Origin: an uncultured virus (IMG/VR IMGVR_UViG_3300020020_000024)
Taxonomy: Duplodnaviria; Heunggongvirae; Uroviricota; Caudoviricetes
IMG/VR virus record: IMGVR_UViG_3300020020_000024
DNA: 64,000 bases
Direction: 5' to 3' (one strand)
Shown: positions 47,891-57,412 of the stretch, piece after piece
Numbering within the stretch: position 1 is the first letter of the stretch
Layout of the letters: each line of letters begins with the position of its first letter
Made by a program: the position numbers and the translations under genes
Notes under the pieces: generated by a model
Seen by the model: only the letters and a program-made list of their open reading frames with translations
Database searches by the model: none
What the model was told of the DNA's origin: nothing

Positions 47891-48469
47891 TTATTTAGAT
47901 GTGATTTCAGCAAGTTCAATAGGCTTAAACATTGCAACAGGTCTTGGAAATTCATCCATCTTATCTTTAATAATAACTCTTACTCCTTTTCCAAGATCAC
48001 CAAAAAGGCCATATACCTTCCAATTACATTTTCTGCCATCCACTTCAATTCCTGAATTACATTCCTGGTAATCTGTGGTCTCCCCATCACAACATGGACA
48101 GATATATTTACCGGACGGGAACTTGTCTCTGAAAGATTGTATTGTATCAAGAATAATTACATTTGATAAATCAGGTAAGTAAGAATCATTAAACCAATTA
48201 GTATAGTTCACTCTCCTTGCTTTTGCATAGGTGGTTAAAAATTCTAAATCCGATTTGCCAATAATATTGGAATACTGCGGTATTCTTTCTGAGATAAATT
48301 TTATGCAACCAATAACCCTTTCTTCTCCTGTTTTCCCCGGCCATCCGTTATATACTTCTAAAATAATTTCATTAAGCATGTCTGCATCACGAAGCTCAAC
48401 AGGTAATATTTGCTTTGCATCAATACAAGTTGATGGCAGTAGATTGGCGTCTGTAATTTTATCTTGCAT
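47891..48469 (-). CDS. Zn-finger phage protein
   Basis: YICPCC...QEC...CNWKVYGLFG; start taken at MQDK. Confidence 0.6.
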   Translation of the reverse strand: MQDKITDANLLPSTCIDAKQILPVELRDADMLNEIILEVYNGWPGKTGEERVIGCIKFISERIPQYSNIIGKSDLEFLTTYAKARRVNYTNWFNDSYLPDLSNVIILDTIQSFRDKFPSGKYICPCCDGETTDYQECNSGIEVDGRKCNWKVYGLFGDLGKGVRVIIKDKMDEFPRPVAMFKPIELAEITSK

Positions 48470-48479
48470 TTTGTTTATT

Positions 48480-48614
48480 TTATAATTCTTCTCCGTAAGC
48501 ATCTTTAGACGCACGACAATTTTCACATTCTATCCCACTTGTGTTTGTGTACCAGCATTGGGAGCAGTACCATTTTTTACATAATTGTTGAATGCGAATA
48601 ATTAAATACTTCAT
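48480..48614 (-). CDS. 44-aa RanBP2-like zinc-finger mini-protein (not in ORF track)
   Basis: WYCSQCWYTNTSGIECENC; fills the gap between ORFs. Confidence 0.6.
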   Translation of the reverse strand: MKYLIIRIQQLCKKWYCSQCWYTNTSGIECENCRASKDAYGEEL

Positions 48615-48617
48615 AAA

Positions 48618-48917
48618 TCATTTTTTAGTTATTCCTTTTTCTGAATATTCTTCTTCTGCTGCATTTTCTTCATACTCCTTATGGTCAAATGGTTTTTCTT
48701 TTTCCCCAGGAACATATTTCCAATAACCTTTCATGGGGCCACCTGCTGTAAATACAACAGTTCCTTCATCACCAGGATTTGGTAGTATGGTGTTATCGTG
48801 ACCAGTTAGCACATAACCTTCATTGTTTTCTGTACCTACGCAAACAATCAACGATGGAGATACACTTTCTATTCTGACCTTATGCGTTGTTCCGAATTGA
48901 ACAAATTGTTTTATCAT
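48618..48917 (-). CDS. hypothetical protein
   Basis: Packed ORF. Confidence 0.55.
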   Translation of the reverse strand: MIKQFVQFGTTHKVRIESVSPSLIVCVGTENNEGYVLTGHDNTILPNPGDEGTVVFTAGGPMKGYWKYVPGEKEKPFDHKEYEENAAEEEYSEKGITKK

Positions 48918-49507
48918 AATTCTAAAAGTTTAGAGAGTTTTTTTAATTCAAGGTCAATAAGCTGATCCCAATCAGTTCTGACCTGTTTCTTCTTATGATA
49001 CGATTCGATTTTCTTTATAATACCAAGAATCTCTAGTTTCCGTGTATCAATAGTAATAACAAATGGCTGGCTATCTTCAACACTATCTTCGTCCGACCGT
49101 AACGTATCAGACGGTTGAGCATATTTTGTGATAGTTTGATTTGCATTAGTGATTCTTTGTTTATCTCGATCAGAAAAAATATCTGGATGTTGCTCCATTT
49201 TCTGTTCACTCATTTTAACGACATGGTAAAGCATAAGTCGTGTTTCAAACCTTTCTATTGCGTAATTAGAATTAAAATTTTTGAACGCATCCGTATTGTC
49301 TAGATCTTCCAAAGCTGTATTAACGATAGCGTGTTTTTTCCAATCAAGCAATACAAGAGCGATTGCAAGTCGTTCAATCCTGGCCTCCTCAGCATTGCCC
49401 ACTACAACTAATGACCAATGCTTGTCTTTTGCCTTGATGATAATTCTAACATCCTGAATTTGCTCTAAATCGAAAGCGGATATCTTTTCTTTATTTAGCT
49501 GATCCAT
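48914..49507 (-). CDS. hypothetical protein
   Basis: Packed ORF. Confidence 0.55.
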   Translation of the reverse strand: MDQLNKEKISAFDLEQIQDVRIIIKAKDKHWSLVVVGNAEEARIERLAIALVLLDWKKHAIVNTALEDLDNTDAFKNFNSNYAIERFETRLMLYHVVKMSEQKMEQHPDIFSDRDKQRITNANQTITKYAQPSDTLRSDEDSVEDSQPFVITIDTRKLEILGIIKKIESYHKKKQVRTDWDQLIDLELKKLSKLLEL

Positions 49508-49530
49508 TGTTATTGAATAGTTTAATTATA

Positions 49531-50160
49531 TTAGCTTCCTGTATTTTGTAGATATTCCTGATTTTGGGAATGGTGATTAAGCTTACTTGATAAATCGTAG
49601 TTTTGGTACAGCAATATGAATGTAAGCAGAAATGGCATTTTACCTCTAATGATTTTCAATGCTCTTTGTTTTTGCTTACGAACAGACCCAGAAGTAGTTC
49701 CCATGATGCCTGCAATTTCTTCACAATTATTTTGTTCAAAAAAATAAAGTTTAATTACTTGTTGCATTCTAGGGGAAAGCAATTCAATATGGTCAACTAT
49801 TTGTCTGATCATTTCAGCAAAAGCAACTTCGTCAAAATATTCAAAATCATTGGTGCTGTTATTTATTATATACGATTTTGCCTTTAAAACAACCTTCTTT
49901 TTCCTTAATATATCAATACATCCATTACGAACAGATGTATATAGAAATGACTTTATAGTTTCTGGTCTTTTTATTTTTGGGCTATTCCATAATCCTACAA
50001 AACAATCCTGAACAATGTCCTTTGCTTCTTCCTCATTATTTAATATAGAATTGGCAAAGTAACAAAGAGCAGTATAATATTGCCTGAATAAGAAATCAAA
50101 TCCAGCTTGGTTTCCATTTTTGAAGGCCACGATCAATGCTTCATTAGGTAGCTTATTCAT
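49531..50160 (-). CDS. ECF sigma-70 factor (Bacteroidetes-type)
   Basis: FDFLFRQYY.ALCYFA, AKDIVQDCFVGLW, SFLYTSVRN, LSPRMQQVI, EIAGIMG. Start taken at MNKL. Confidence 0.9.
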   Translation of the reverse strand: MNKLPNEALIVAFKNGNQAGFDFLFRQYYTALCYFANSILNNEEEAKDIVQDCFVGLWNSPKIKRPETIKSFLYTSVRNGCIDILRKKKVVLKAKSYIINNSTNDFEYFDEVAFAEMIRQIVDHIELLSPRMQQVIKLYFFEQNNCEEIAGIMGTTSGSVRKQKQRALKIIRGKMPFLLTFILLYQNYDLSSKLNHHSQNQEYLQNTGS

Positions 50161-50188
50161 AACCGTATTTTTAATTAAAAATATTATT

Positions 50189-50602
50189 TTACTGTTGTCC
50201 ATTATTGGGTATTAAAGCGGTGTTTAAAGCCGTCTTAGCATCTATGATCTGCCCTTTTACATTGGCTATTTCGCCCCTGATCTCTAAAAGCAATTCTTGG
50301 TTAGGACAATTATGTTCAATAACATCGGCACATTTTGTAAGCATATCCGATACTTTCATTAATCTAAAGGCTGACCGATTTAATGTAGTCGCAAGTAACG
50401 GCGCTGTATCATAAAATTGTTTTAATCCAGCATCTTCAAAAATTGAATCCTGCCATTGTTGCCTGTGACCTTCTCTTGTTTCTTCTATACCAAACTTTGG
50501 GCAATTGTGTCCACTTGATTTGTGCAACCCTCCACCGGCACCACAGTTGGCGCACACATCAATACTTCTTGGATAAACCTCTGTGCCTAATTCGATTTCC
50601 AT
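50189..50602 (-). CDS. hypothetical protein (CxxC..H..C)
   Basis: CANCG...H...C. Confidence 0.55.
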   Translation of the reverse strand: MEIELGTEVYPRSIDVCANCGAGGGLHKSSGHNCPKFGIEETREGHRQQWQDSIFEDAGLKQFYDTAPLLATTLNRSAFRLMKVSDMLTKCADVIEHNCPNQELLLEIRGEIANVKGQIIDAKTALNTALIPNNGQQ

Positions 50603-50616
50603 AATAATGTTATTTT

Positions 50617-51099
50617 TTACGCAACTGCATAGCTGCGGTCAACTAAATTGATTTCAAGTTTATTCATAACAAACTCTGGGTTTTCACGGAAAGTTTTTAA
50701 TATTTCAGTAAGAATTGGGAAATCATTGGTGTAATGACAAATAATTTCCTTCATTAGATTTTCCTGGTCTTTAAAAAGTTCTGTTATTCCTTTGTGGTCA
50801 GTAATCTTACTCCATAGTGATTCCAATTCGGCTGCTACTACTTTTTCAAGTTCTGGAATCAATAAATTGATTCTGTTTTTGAGATCGTGACGGTAATACT
50901 TCGTTTCTTTTAATTCGTCCATTAGAGAAAGCAGTCCTTCACATTGCATTATTGCATGTAAGTAAAGATGACTATGATTAGGAATATTCATAATACTACT
51001 TTTGTTCGTCGTCTTTTTCAAATACAAGTTTTGCAAACTCAAAACCGGCGCATGGCCTACCAGCATCTTTGAATTGCGGGGTATGGCAATTGAACCCAC
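50617..51099 (-). CDS. hypothetical protein
   Basis: True start probably MNIP, downstream of the listed start. Confidence 0.5.
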   Translation of the reverse strand: MGSIAIPRNSKMLVGHAPVLSLQNLYLKKTTNKSSIMNIPNHSHLYLHAIMQCEGLLSLMDELKETKYYRHDLKNRINLLIPELEKVVAAELESLWSKITDHKGITELFKDQENLMKEIICHYTNDFPILTEILKTFRENPEFVMNKLEINLVDRSYAVA

Positions 51100-51286
51100 C
51101 CTCAGCCATCAGCATGTATGCAGCATTATCGGCAGCCATGAAATAAGTCAGGTTGTGTTCCTGCTCCCATTTGAAGGCGCAGGTATCGCACATCTTCCCG
51201 CATTCACCAAGTTTACCTTGTTGCTTAGCTTTCTCAGCCCCCGCTTTCGCCAGTTGTGATATTGATTCTGCGTAACTGACTATCAT
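50996..51286 (-). CDS. small Cys/His protein
   Basis: MCDTCAF...FNCH...CAGF. Confidence 0.6.
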   Translation of the reverse strand: MIVSYAESISQLAKAGAEKAKQQGKLGECGKMCDTCAFKWEQEHNLTYFMAADNAAYMLMAEGGFNCHTPQFKDAGRPCAGFEFAKLVFEKDDEQK

Positions 51287-52050
51287 TATTTATCAATTGT
51301 AATAAGACAAGAAGCGACATTTGCGCCACTCTCTTTAAATGTATCCTGCGGTAAATCATCAATATTTGAATTGAGATTGTTTAGCCACCTTTCAAACTCT
51401 TTTTCTTTTTTCGTACTCACAATACGAAAATGATTTGAACACACTGTAACGATCCGGCCACCTGGAGCGCAGACTTCATACATCATCCTGATATGATCAA
51501 TATCCTGGTTCTTTGCAAATGGAGGATTGGCGATAATAATATCGAATAATAAGTTTTTTTGTTTATACTTTTTGATATCCAAAAAGTTATTGCAGATAAG
51601 TCTGCCGTCGTCACTAATATTTTCAAGTAGTTCGTGTTTGGTTGTATCAAGCTCACAGTACCAGTAAAGATTTTTACAACCGTTCCGGTGAGCAGCATGG
51701 ATTAAAGCACCTTCTCCGGCATGTGGTTCAAGAAATGTGACAGGAGGCTTTTTTAATCTTGCACTTGGAAAAGCCAAACCAATCATGTGATCAGATAAAC
51801 CCTTTGGGGTATAAAATGATTGAAACTCTTTTTGCAAGTTTCTTTTTACTCCACCCGCTACCTGGGCCACAAGATCAGTAGGATCATGAGGAAACAAAAA
51901 CCCTTGTTCTTTTTTATTCCAAGCACCACCTATTTTTTGTAATGTAGTTGATACTTGAAGATATAGCGGTCTTTCTAATTGAACATCTGGCAGCTTAACC
52001 AGTTTTCCTTTAATTGTACATTGCTTTAATACTTCTTCTTTTGTTTCCAT
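51286..52050 (-). CDS. N6-adenine methyltransferase-like protein
   Basis: FYTP, LEPHAGEGA, IIANPPF, FKESG. Confidence 0.85.
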   Translation of the reverse strand: METKEEVLKQCTIKGKLVKLPDVQLERPLYLQVSTTLQKIGGAWNKKEQGFLFPHDPTDLVAQVAGGVKRNLQKEFQSFYTPKGLSDHMIGLAFPSARLKKPPVTFLEPHAGEGALIHAAHRNGCKNLYWYCELDTTKHELLENISDDGRLICNNFLDIKKYKQKNLLFDIIIANPPFAKNQDIDHIRMMYEVCAPGGRIVTVCSNHFRIVSTKKEKEFERWLNNLNSNIDDLPQDTFKESGANVASCLITIDK

Positions 52051-52058
52051 GATTGTTT

Positions 52059-52403
52059 TTATTTTATCTTTTTAACGATTGCGTAATTTTTTGATTGGTC
52101 TAGCTTCATAATATTCATTCCAAGTAAAAAAGCCTCACACCAGGAAATATTTGATTTATCCATGAATGTGATTATTAGCTGGTTACTGACTATTTCTTTT
52201 GTACTAAATAAATAAACGTAATGCTCAATAGGATTCAACAGTATTCGACGATCCAAGCCGGTTGATCTCAGAGCGTATTCAAGATGGCCATACCTTCTTG
52301 TAAGATTCTTATTTGTGATAATATCAAAACGGTAGGCGTCGTCCTCAACTTCAATCGCAAAAATGCTTTTTAGGATTTCTTTAATATTAACTGTCTTTGC
52401 CAT
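52059..52403 (-). CDS. hypothetical protein
   Basis: Packed ORF. Confidence 0.5.
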   Translation of the reverse strand: MAKTVNIKEILKSIFAIEVEDDAYRFDIITNKNLTRRYGHLEYALRSTGLDRRILLNPIEHYVYLFSTKEIVSNQLIITFMDKSNISWCEAFLLGMNIMKLDQSKNYAIVKKIK

Positions 52404-53055
52404 TTAGCTTTAGTTTTTTTTCAGTTATATCTTGACATACTAACTCAAATGCAGTAAACACTTTTCTCATTACAGCAAATGAATGTTGCTTCCCGTCTGA
52501 TAGTTCATCAATTGCTTTTGTCCAAATCTCTCTTGGTTTCATCCAAAGCTGACTCATTTTTTCCTCTGTATCAACCTTACCGTTAAAAGCTCCATAACTA
52601 AAAAATGTATCGGTCTTGAAAAAGCAGAACCTTGCGTTTGATTTTATTTCTTCTTGTAAAATAAATTGCTTTATTACAGGTATGGTCATTGATATTAAAT
52701 TATCAATTGCTGGTTTTGCTTTAAGAATTTGAGCAGCCAGCTTGCCAGCAAGTATGAACTTTTCAAGTGTGTTAGGATCGTCGTTTTCCAGGAATCTTGC
52801 CTTATAGTGACATTCCTTTTCTTCTTCATTTGTAATAGTAACAAATATATAAAGCAAATTGTTGGCCATGCAGTACCACCCATCTTTTGCACGACGAACA
52901 TATGTAAAACATAGCGGTTCACAGTTTTCACTTACCTCTGAAAGATGAATAATTTTGTTGATCATTGCTGCATGATTCTTAAAATCAAGACTACTGCATT
53001 CTTCTTCCGTCGCAAATGGTTTTACCAGTTCGATCATTTCTTCTGTTATAATCAT
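52387..53055 (-). CDS. hypothetical protein
   Basis: 222-aa ORF. Confidence 0.6.
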   Translation of the reverse strand: MIITEEMIELVKPFATEEECSSLDFKNHAAMINKIIHLSEVSENCEPLCFTYVRRAKDGWYCMANNLLYIFVTITNEEEKECHYKARFLENDDPNTLEKFILAGKLAAQILKAKPAIDNLISMTIPVIKQFILQEEIKSNARFCFFKTDTFFSYGAFNGKVDTEEKMSQLWMKPREIWTKAIDELSDGKQHSFAVMRKVFTAFELVCQDITEKKLKLNGKDS

Positions 53056-53140
53056 CTTTCTTTTTTAATTTTTTAAAATTTAGCCAGGGCATTGATATGC
53101 CCCGGCATCTATTCTATTTTTACAAAAAAACCCTCTTTAG

Positions 53141-53413
53141 TCAATTCCATTTTACACCATCTTCCCATTCTATTTCCATTGTTCCTTGTGGCCATCGATG
53201 CCACATATCAAGTATGCAGGTAAGGTCAGACAGATCAGATAGCTTATTATATTGCTTATAATCCTTTGCATCGTCGGCTATTTTCATTTGCTCTTTTACT
53301 TTTTTATGAAGCATAGTAAAATTTAGTTTGCCAACCTGCTGCCTCAAAATTGTTAGCCGATGTGTCTCTGACATCTTAGCTAGGCTGCGTACCAGTTTAT
53401 CAGTAGCTTTCAT
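53141..53413 (-). CDS. hypothetical protein
   Basis: ORF on the coding strand. Confidence 0.5.
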   Translation of the reverse strand: MKATDKLVRSLAKMSETHRLTILRQQVGKLNFTMLHKKVKEQMKIADDAKDYKQYNKLSDLSDLTCILDMWHRWPQGTMEIEWEDGVKWN

Positions 53414-53648
53414 TTCCTATTGCGTCAATCTTTTTATCCAAACGATCAATTTTTTCATTCAATTTTATAAGTCCATTTTCATCGTTTATAAATCGCAATT
53501 GCAACATATACCAATTAGCCATAAGCCAATATGCGAACAGTTTTATTGATTTTATAAAAACGATACCTACTCCCATAGTGATAGAATAAACATTAATACA
53601 GTAATGAAAACAATACCGATTGCGAATCCGAATAGAAACCACGCCGTT

Positions 53649-53888
53649 TTAACTTGCTTCATATTTTACTTTTTTAGCAGGTTGCGTTCTTGCTTGCTTA
53701 ATAAATTCATTTATCTTTCCAGATTCAATTAACAAATAAGTAAAGAATGCGTAATAGTATCTGTGCTTACTATTACTATGAGATGCCATATCATCGAACA
53801 GATCACGCTTAAATTTAGCATCTATGTCATAAACCAATCCAGACTCTTTAATTATTGTTGAGTTCTGCTTCATATGCTTTTCTTGCAT
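53649..53888 (-). CDS. hypothetical protein
   Basis: ORF on the coding strand. Confidence 0.5.
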   Translation of the reverse strand: MQEKHMKQNSTIIKESGLVYDIDAKFKRDLFDDMASHSNSKHRYYYAFFTYLLIESGKINEFIKQARTQPAKKVKYEAS

Positions 53889-54324
53889 TTTTAATTTCTA
53901 CTGCATAATCCCTTTGCACCTGCTCCCAAAATTCAGGTCTCACTCTTACATCATAGCCAGCGAATACCTTAGTTCTTTGAACATTCTCCATTTGTCTAGC
54001 ATTACGCTTCTTTTTTTCCAGGTCTAGAAGTTTCTCTAATGCCTCTGATCCTGGAACTTTAATCATTTTATTGAAATTGCTCTGTGGCAGAGTGGCGATG
54101 TAATCAAATTTGAATTTCATAAAATCAAACCTTGCATCCTTGCCGTATATTTCCAGGCATATCGCTAATGCAAGTTGAGCAGCACCGCTACCAGGGTAAC
54201 CCCAATTGAACTCAGATGACATCTTTGATCGTTCAAGACTTTTTTTAATAGCAAGTTTTTTACCATTCAGATAAACATACTTCTTGAAATAATTTCCTCT
54301 GAGTTGAATTGTGATCAGTTTCAT
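53848..54324 (-). CDS. DUF6166-like protein
   Basis: FNWGYPGSGAAQLALAI. Confidence 0.7.
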   Translation of the reverse strand: MKLITIQLRGNYFKKYVYLNGKKLAIKKSLERSKMSSEFNWGYPGSGAAQLALAICLEIYGKDARFDFMKFKFDYIATLPQSNFNKMIKVPGSEALEKLLDLEKKKRNARQMENVQRTKVFAGYDVRVRPEFWEQVQRDYAVEIKNARKAYEAELNNN

Positions 54325-54509
54325 ACGTTAATTGATTCTTTAAAAAGGGGCATCCCGCATCCGGGTCAGCCCCACCATTAAACCTCAACCTAAGCCTTAT
54401 GCAAAGTCATTTAAAGAGAGCCTACCGATTAAGGAACGGCTCTCTCATTAACCGTCCATGTTAATATATTGAAGAAAGACCCTACCGCCCATGCGGATCG
54501 GGCCTTCCT

Positions 54510-55328
54510 TTACAACCTATTTTGTTGCGCCATCTTTTCTGCTGACATGGTTTTAGAATAAAAATATCCGTTGTATTGCTGCTTAGCCCACGCAGCAAGA
54601 TCATCTGATATGGTAGGCATTTCCAAAATAACAGCAACCATTGATTCTAATACACTGGCCCGATCGGAAACCTGCGAAGCAAACTCCTGGACTTCTTCTA
54701 AGTTTTTAAGGTTTGCATCAGGGAAGTGAATATTATTGATTTTACCATTTGTGAATATGTGAATACCACAATTATTCTTTAGCCAGAAACTAATTTCTCC
54801 GTTATGAATAAGAATATAGTTGACTGATTTTTTTAAAACTGGATTTGAAAGGTAGTGTCTGCCAACCTTATTGGTATTATCTATCCGTTCTTGCTGAATG
54901 GTTGTGATGTGTTGTTCTCTTGCATGGTAATGCTTTACCCCCAGGTCTATCAGAGCCTTTAATTTATCAGCATCAATTTCTTTGTTAATATTAATCCTAA
55001 TTACATAATTCTTTGTGACGTCAACTGTCATTGTTCTCATTGCAATAAAACGATTCTTCCTGATAGTGGTCTTTCTTGTATAAGCATTTGCTCCAGCATA
55101 AGAAGCGTTATCAAAGTTTATGGTAAATACAGCATCTTTTATTTTTATTTCGTTGGTATGCAGCTTGGATTCAATTTCAAAGTCAAGTGACTCTAAGAAT
55201 GAAATGAATTTGCTACCGTAAATATTATCGTCTGCACGGGTTTCAAACTCCCTGTTTTTGTCATTGATCTCAAACATTGTAGTATGCTTCTTTGTCATCT
55301 TTCTTGTTTCTAAAAAATCAGTAGTCAT
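54510..55328 (-). CDS. hypothetical protein
   Basis: 272-aa ORF. Confidence 0.65.
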   Translation of the reverse strand: MTTDFLETRKMTKKHTTMFEINDKNREFETRADDNIYGSKFISFLESLDFEIESKLHTNEIKIKDAVFTINFDNASYAGANAYTRKTTIRKNRFIAMRTMTVDVTKNYVIRININKEIDADKLKALIDLGVKHYHAREQHITTIQQERIDNTNKVGRHYLSNPVLKKSVNYILIHNGEISFWLKNNCGIHIFTNGKINNIHFPDANLKNLEEVQEFASQVSDRASVLESMVAVILEMPTISDDLAAWAKQQYNGYFYSKTMSAEKMAQQNRL

Positions 55329-55330
55329 GA

Positions 55331-55561
55331 TTACTCCGGTATTGGTTTTGTGAAAAATGAAACAATCTTAGCTTCCCTTTTGACAATAGTAACTTTGTTC
55401 TTTACAAAAGGTTTCATGTGCGTCAGAAGGTCTGATTCGTTTTCGGTATATGCAGCACCCGCTACCACACACAAGCAACCTGCTAGTGCCATCTCGTTTG
55501 ATTTCTCACAATCCCTTACGAGTCTATTTATTTTATCAATTAAAATATCTCTTGCATTCAT
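55331..55561 (-). CDS. hypothetical protein
   Basis: Start taken at MNARD. Confidence 0.5.
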   Translation of the reverse strand: MNARDILIDKINRLVRDCEKSNEMALAGCLCVVAGAAYTENESDLLTHMKPFVKNKVTIVKREAKIVSFFTKPIPE

Positions 55562-55571
55562 ATAAGTAGCT

Positions 55572-56465
55572 TTATAAGAATGAACTGATTTGATCCCTGA
55601 GATTAAGCAACTGTTCTCTTGTGAATCTGCCGATAACTTCAATATCTTTCACAACTTCAAAGTCTGGCTCTTGCCCTGTATAACTTTCTTCTGAGGTAAC
55701 ATAATATTTCGTCTCTGCTTCATCGTATCCCGCATTAATAGCCTGATTGGTTTCATCTGCAACAGGTGTGCCAACGGTTTTGTATTTCACCAATACATAT
55801 AATTCGCTTGTCTCAATGTTAGACATAGTGCCTGATGCGATAATCTTATTTACTTTATCATTCCTGTCGTTGACATGCTTTACAACATCATCAATCATAC
55901 CATCATCTATTAATTGCTTCATGGTATTGTGCCATACGCCTTTTTGCGCATAACCAAATACTTTATCATCTTTTAGAACTGAAAAGGTTCTGATATTATT
56001 CCTCATTGAATATATCTCTGCATCATGTACTGCCCTTCCAAGTTCTTGTACCGTCTTTTGTTGTTTTAATCCCCTGATTATTATTATCTCCTTCTGTCGT
56101 GGATAAGATAATTCCTCTTGTACATAGAACTTGTTTTCTACGGCCATATCCCATGCCATATTCCAAAGGTTAATATCAAGAGCATCCTGTCTGCTTTTTT
56201 CCGTATGTGCATATTCGTAATCGCTTGGCATTGTTGGTCTGCGTCCAACTACGTTTATAAACGCTTCGTCCATTGTCATATTAGCATCAAGATATTCATG
56301 TGAGGCACAAGAATCTTTTTCATTGTCATTTTTAGTAATGACTTCATTTATCTGCTTCCTACTAAGATCACGACGAAGTATTCTTGAAAATTCTTTAGCA
56401 AGTGTTATTTGTAGTTGTAAGTCGCCGATAACCGGAGAGGTTGATTTATTGTTTGTTGTTGTCAT
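55572..56465 (-). CDS. hypothetical phage protein
   Basis: CASHEYLDANMTMDEAF...WNMAW motif. Confidence 0.65.
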   Translation of the reverse strand: MTTTNNKSTSPVIGDLQLQITLAKEFSRILRRDLSRKQINEVITKNDNEKDSCASHEYLDANMTMDEAFINVVGRRPTMPSDYEYAHTEKSRQDALDINLWNMAWDMAVENKFYVQEELSYPRQKEIIIIRGLKQQKTVQELGRAVHDAEIYSMRNNIRTFSVLKDDKVFGYAQKGVWHNTMKQLIDDGMIDDVVKHVNDRNDKVNKIIASGTMSNIETSELYVLVKYKTVGTPVADETNQAINAGYDEAETKYYVTSEESYTGQEPDFEVVKDIEVIGRFTREQLLNLRDQISSFL

Positions 56466-56485
56466 GTTGTAAAGGTTATATTGAA

Positions 56486-56785
56486 TTAAGAAATTCTTTT
56501 TACATCAGCACCCATCCCCGGTTCATGTCTCTCACCAACTTCTAGTTTGACTATGGCTTGCCAATCAGGGTCAGACATAAATTCAAAAATGTCTTTAACA
56601 TCAACTGCGTCCATGTTTACTACAAGTATTTCTATAAGGGAACTTGGCTCGTTTGAATCAACTGAATAAGTTCTTGAAGTAAATTCGTCAAGTGTGAGAT
56701 TATACTTTTCACAGAATTTCTTCTTTGTGTCATCGCTGAGTTTGGCGATCAGGTTCGCAACGTGATTTTCGTGGTTGTATGTCAT
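56486..56785 (-). CDS. hypothetical protein, first gene after an early-type promoter
   Basis: ORF downstream of TATATTTG. Confidence 0.6.
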   Translation of the reverse strand: MTYNHENHVANLIAKLSDDTKKKFCEKYNLTLDEFTSRTYSVDSNEPSSLIEILVVNMDAVDVKDIFEFMSDPDWQAIVKLEVGERHEPGMGADVKRIS

Positions 56786-56815
56786 ACGCTGTAAAGGTTA
56801 AAGCAATACAATAAT

Positions 56816-56823
56816 CAAATATA
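56816..56823 (-). promoter_or_regulatory. Bacteroidota -7 element TATATTTG
   Basis: TAnnTTTG with TTG about 21 nt upstream. Confidence 0.6.
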
Positions 56824-56845
56824 TATATTTATATATAATAATGCC

Positions 56846-56879
56846 AACAGTCACGAAAAAATATTTCGTGACTGTTTTT
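56846..56879. terminator. strong hairpin (terminator-like)
   Basis: AACAGTCACGAAA-aaata-TTTCGTGACTGTT. Confidence 0.7.
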
Positions 56880-56889
56880 GGCTTTATTG

Positions 56890-57270
56890 TTAGAATCCGT
56901 AGGGGTTTGTTGTTCTGACCTTTAATGTTGAATGAAAAGGAGCAATAATGGTAGCCCTGATCCACATATTAGGTACAAAGAGAGCGGGTGTGCCATTTTC
57001 ATCAGAATGGCCAACTAAGAAAATGTTATATGCAAATGGTTCAAGAGTAAATGTTTCTGTAATACCAACTGACAATAATTCAATTTCGATAGTGATCGTT
57101 TGGTCAGTATAATTCGTAAGAGCCACGCTATAACCAGCGTAATCGCTGTAAGAGTTATAATCTATGAATTCCATACGGAACGCACGATTTGAAGAAGCGT
57201 TTTTTTTCTGAGCATTAACGTTGCTGGTGAATGCTGCAAGTACTAAAAGTACGATAGTAAGTTTTTTCAT
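56890..57270 (-). CDS. secreted protein with signal peptide
   Basis: MKKLTIVLLVLAAFTSNVNA-Q. Confidence 0.7.
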   Translation of the reverse strand: MKKLTIVLLVLAAFTSNVNAQKKNASSNRAFRMEFIDYNSYSDYAGYSVALTNYTDQTITIEIELLSVGITETFTLEPFAYNIFLVGHSDENGTPALFVPNMWIRATIIAPFHSTLKVRTTNPYGF

Positions 57271-57300
57271 TGTTGTAAAGTTTAGAGTTAAAAGGATTAT

Positions 57301-57320
57301 CAAATGTATATATATACATT
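57301..57320 (-). promoter_or_regulatory. -7 element TACATTTG overlapped by an 18-bp palindrome
   Basis: AATGTATATATATACATT perfect palindrome at 57303-57320. Confidence 0.55.
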
Positions 57321-57412
57321 AGCTAATACTATCTTTTTTGCAAAAATATTTTTACAACACGCATTTGGCTATACAACTTCGTTATATAACAGGAGATTAG
57401 AGGGATTAGTAA

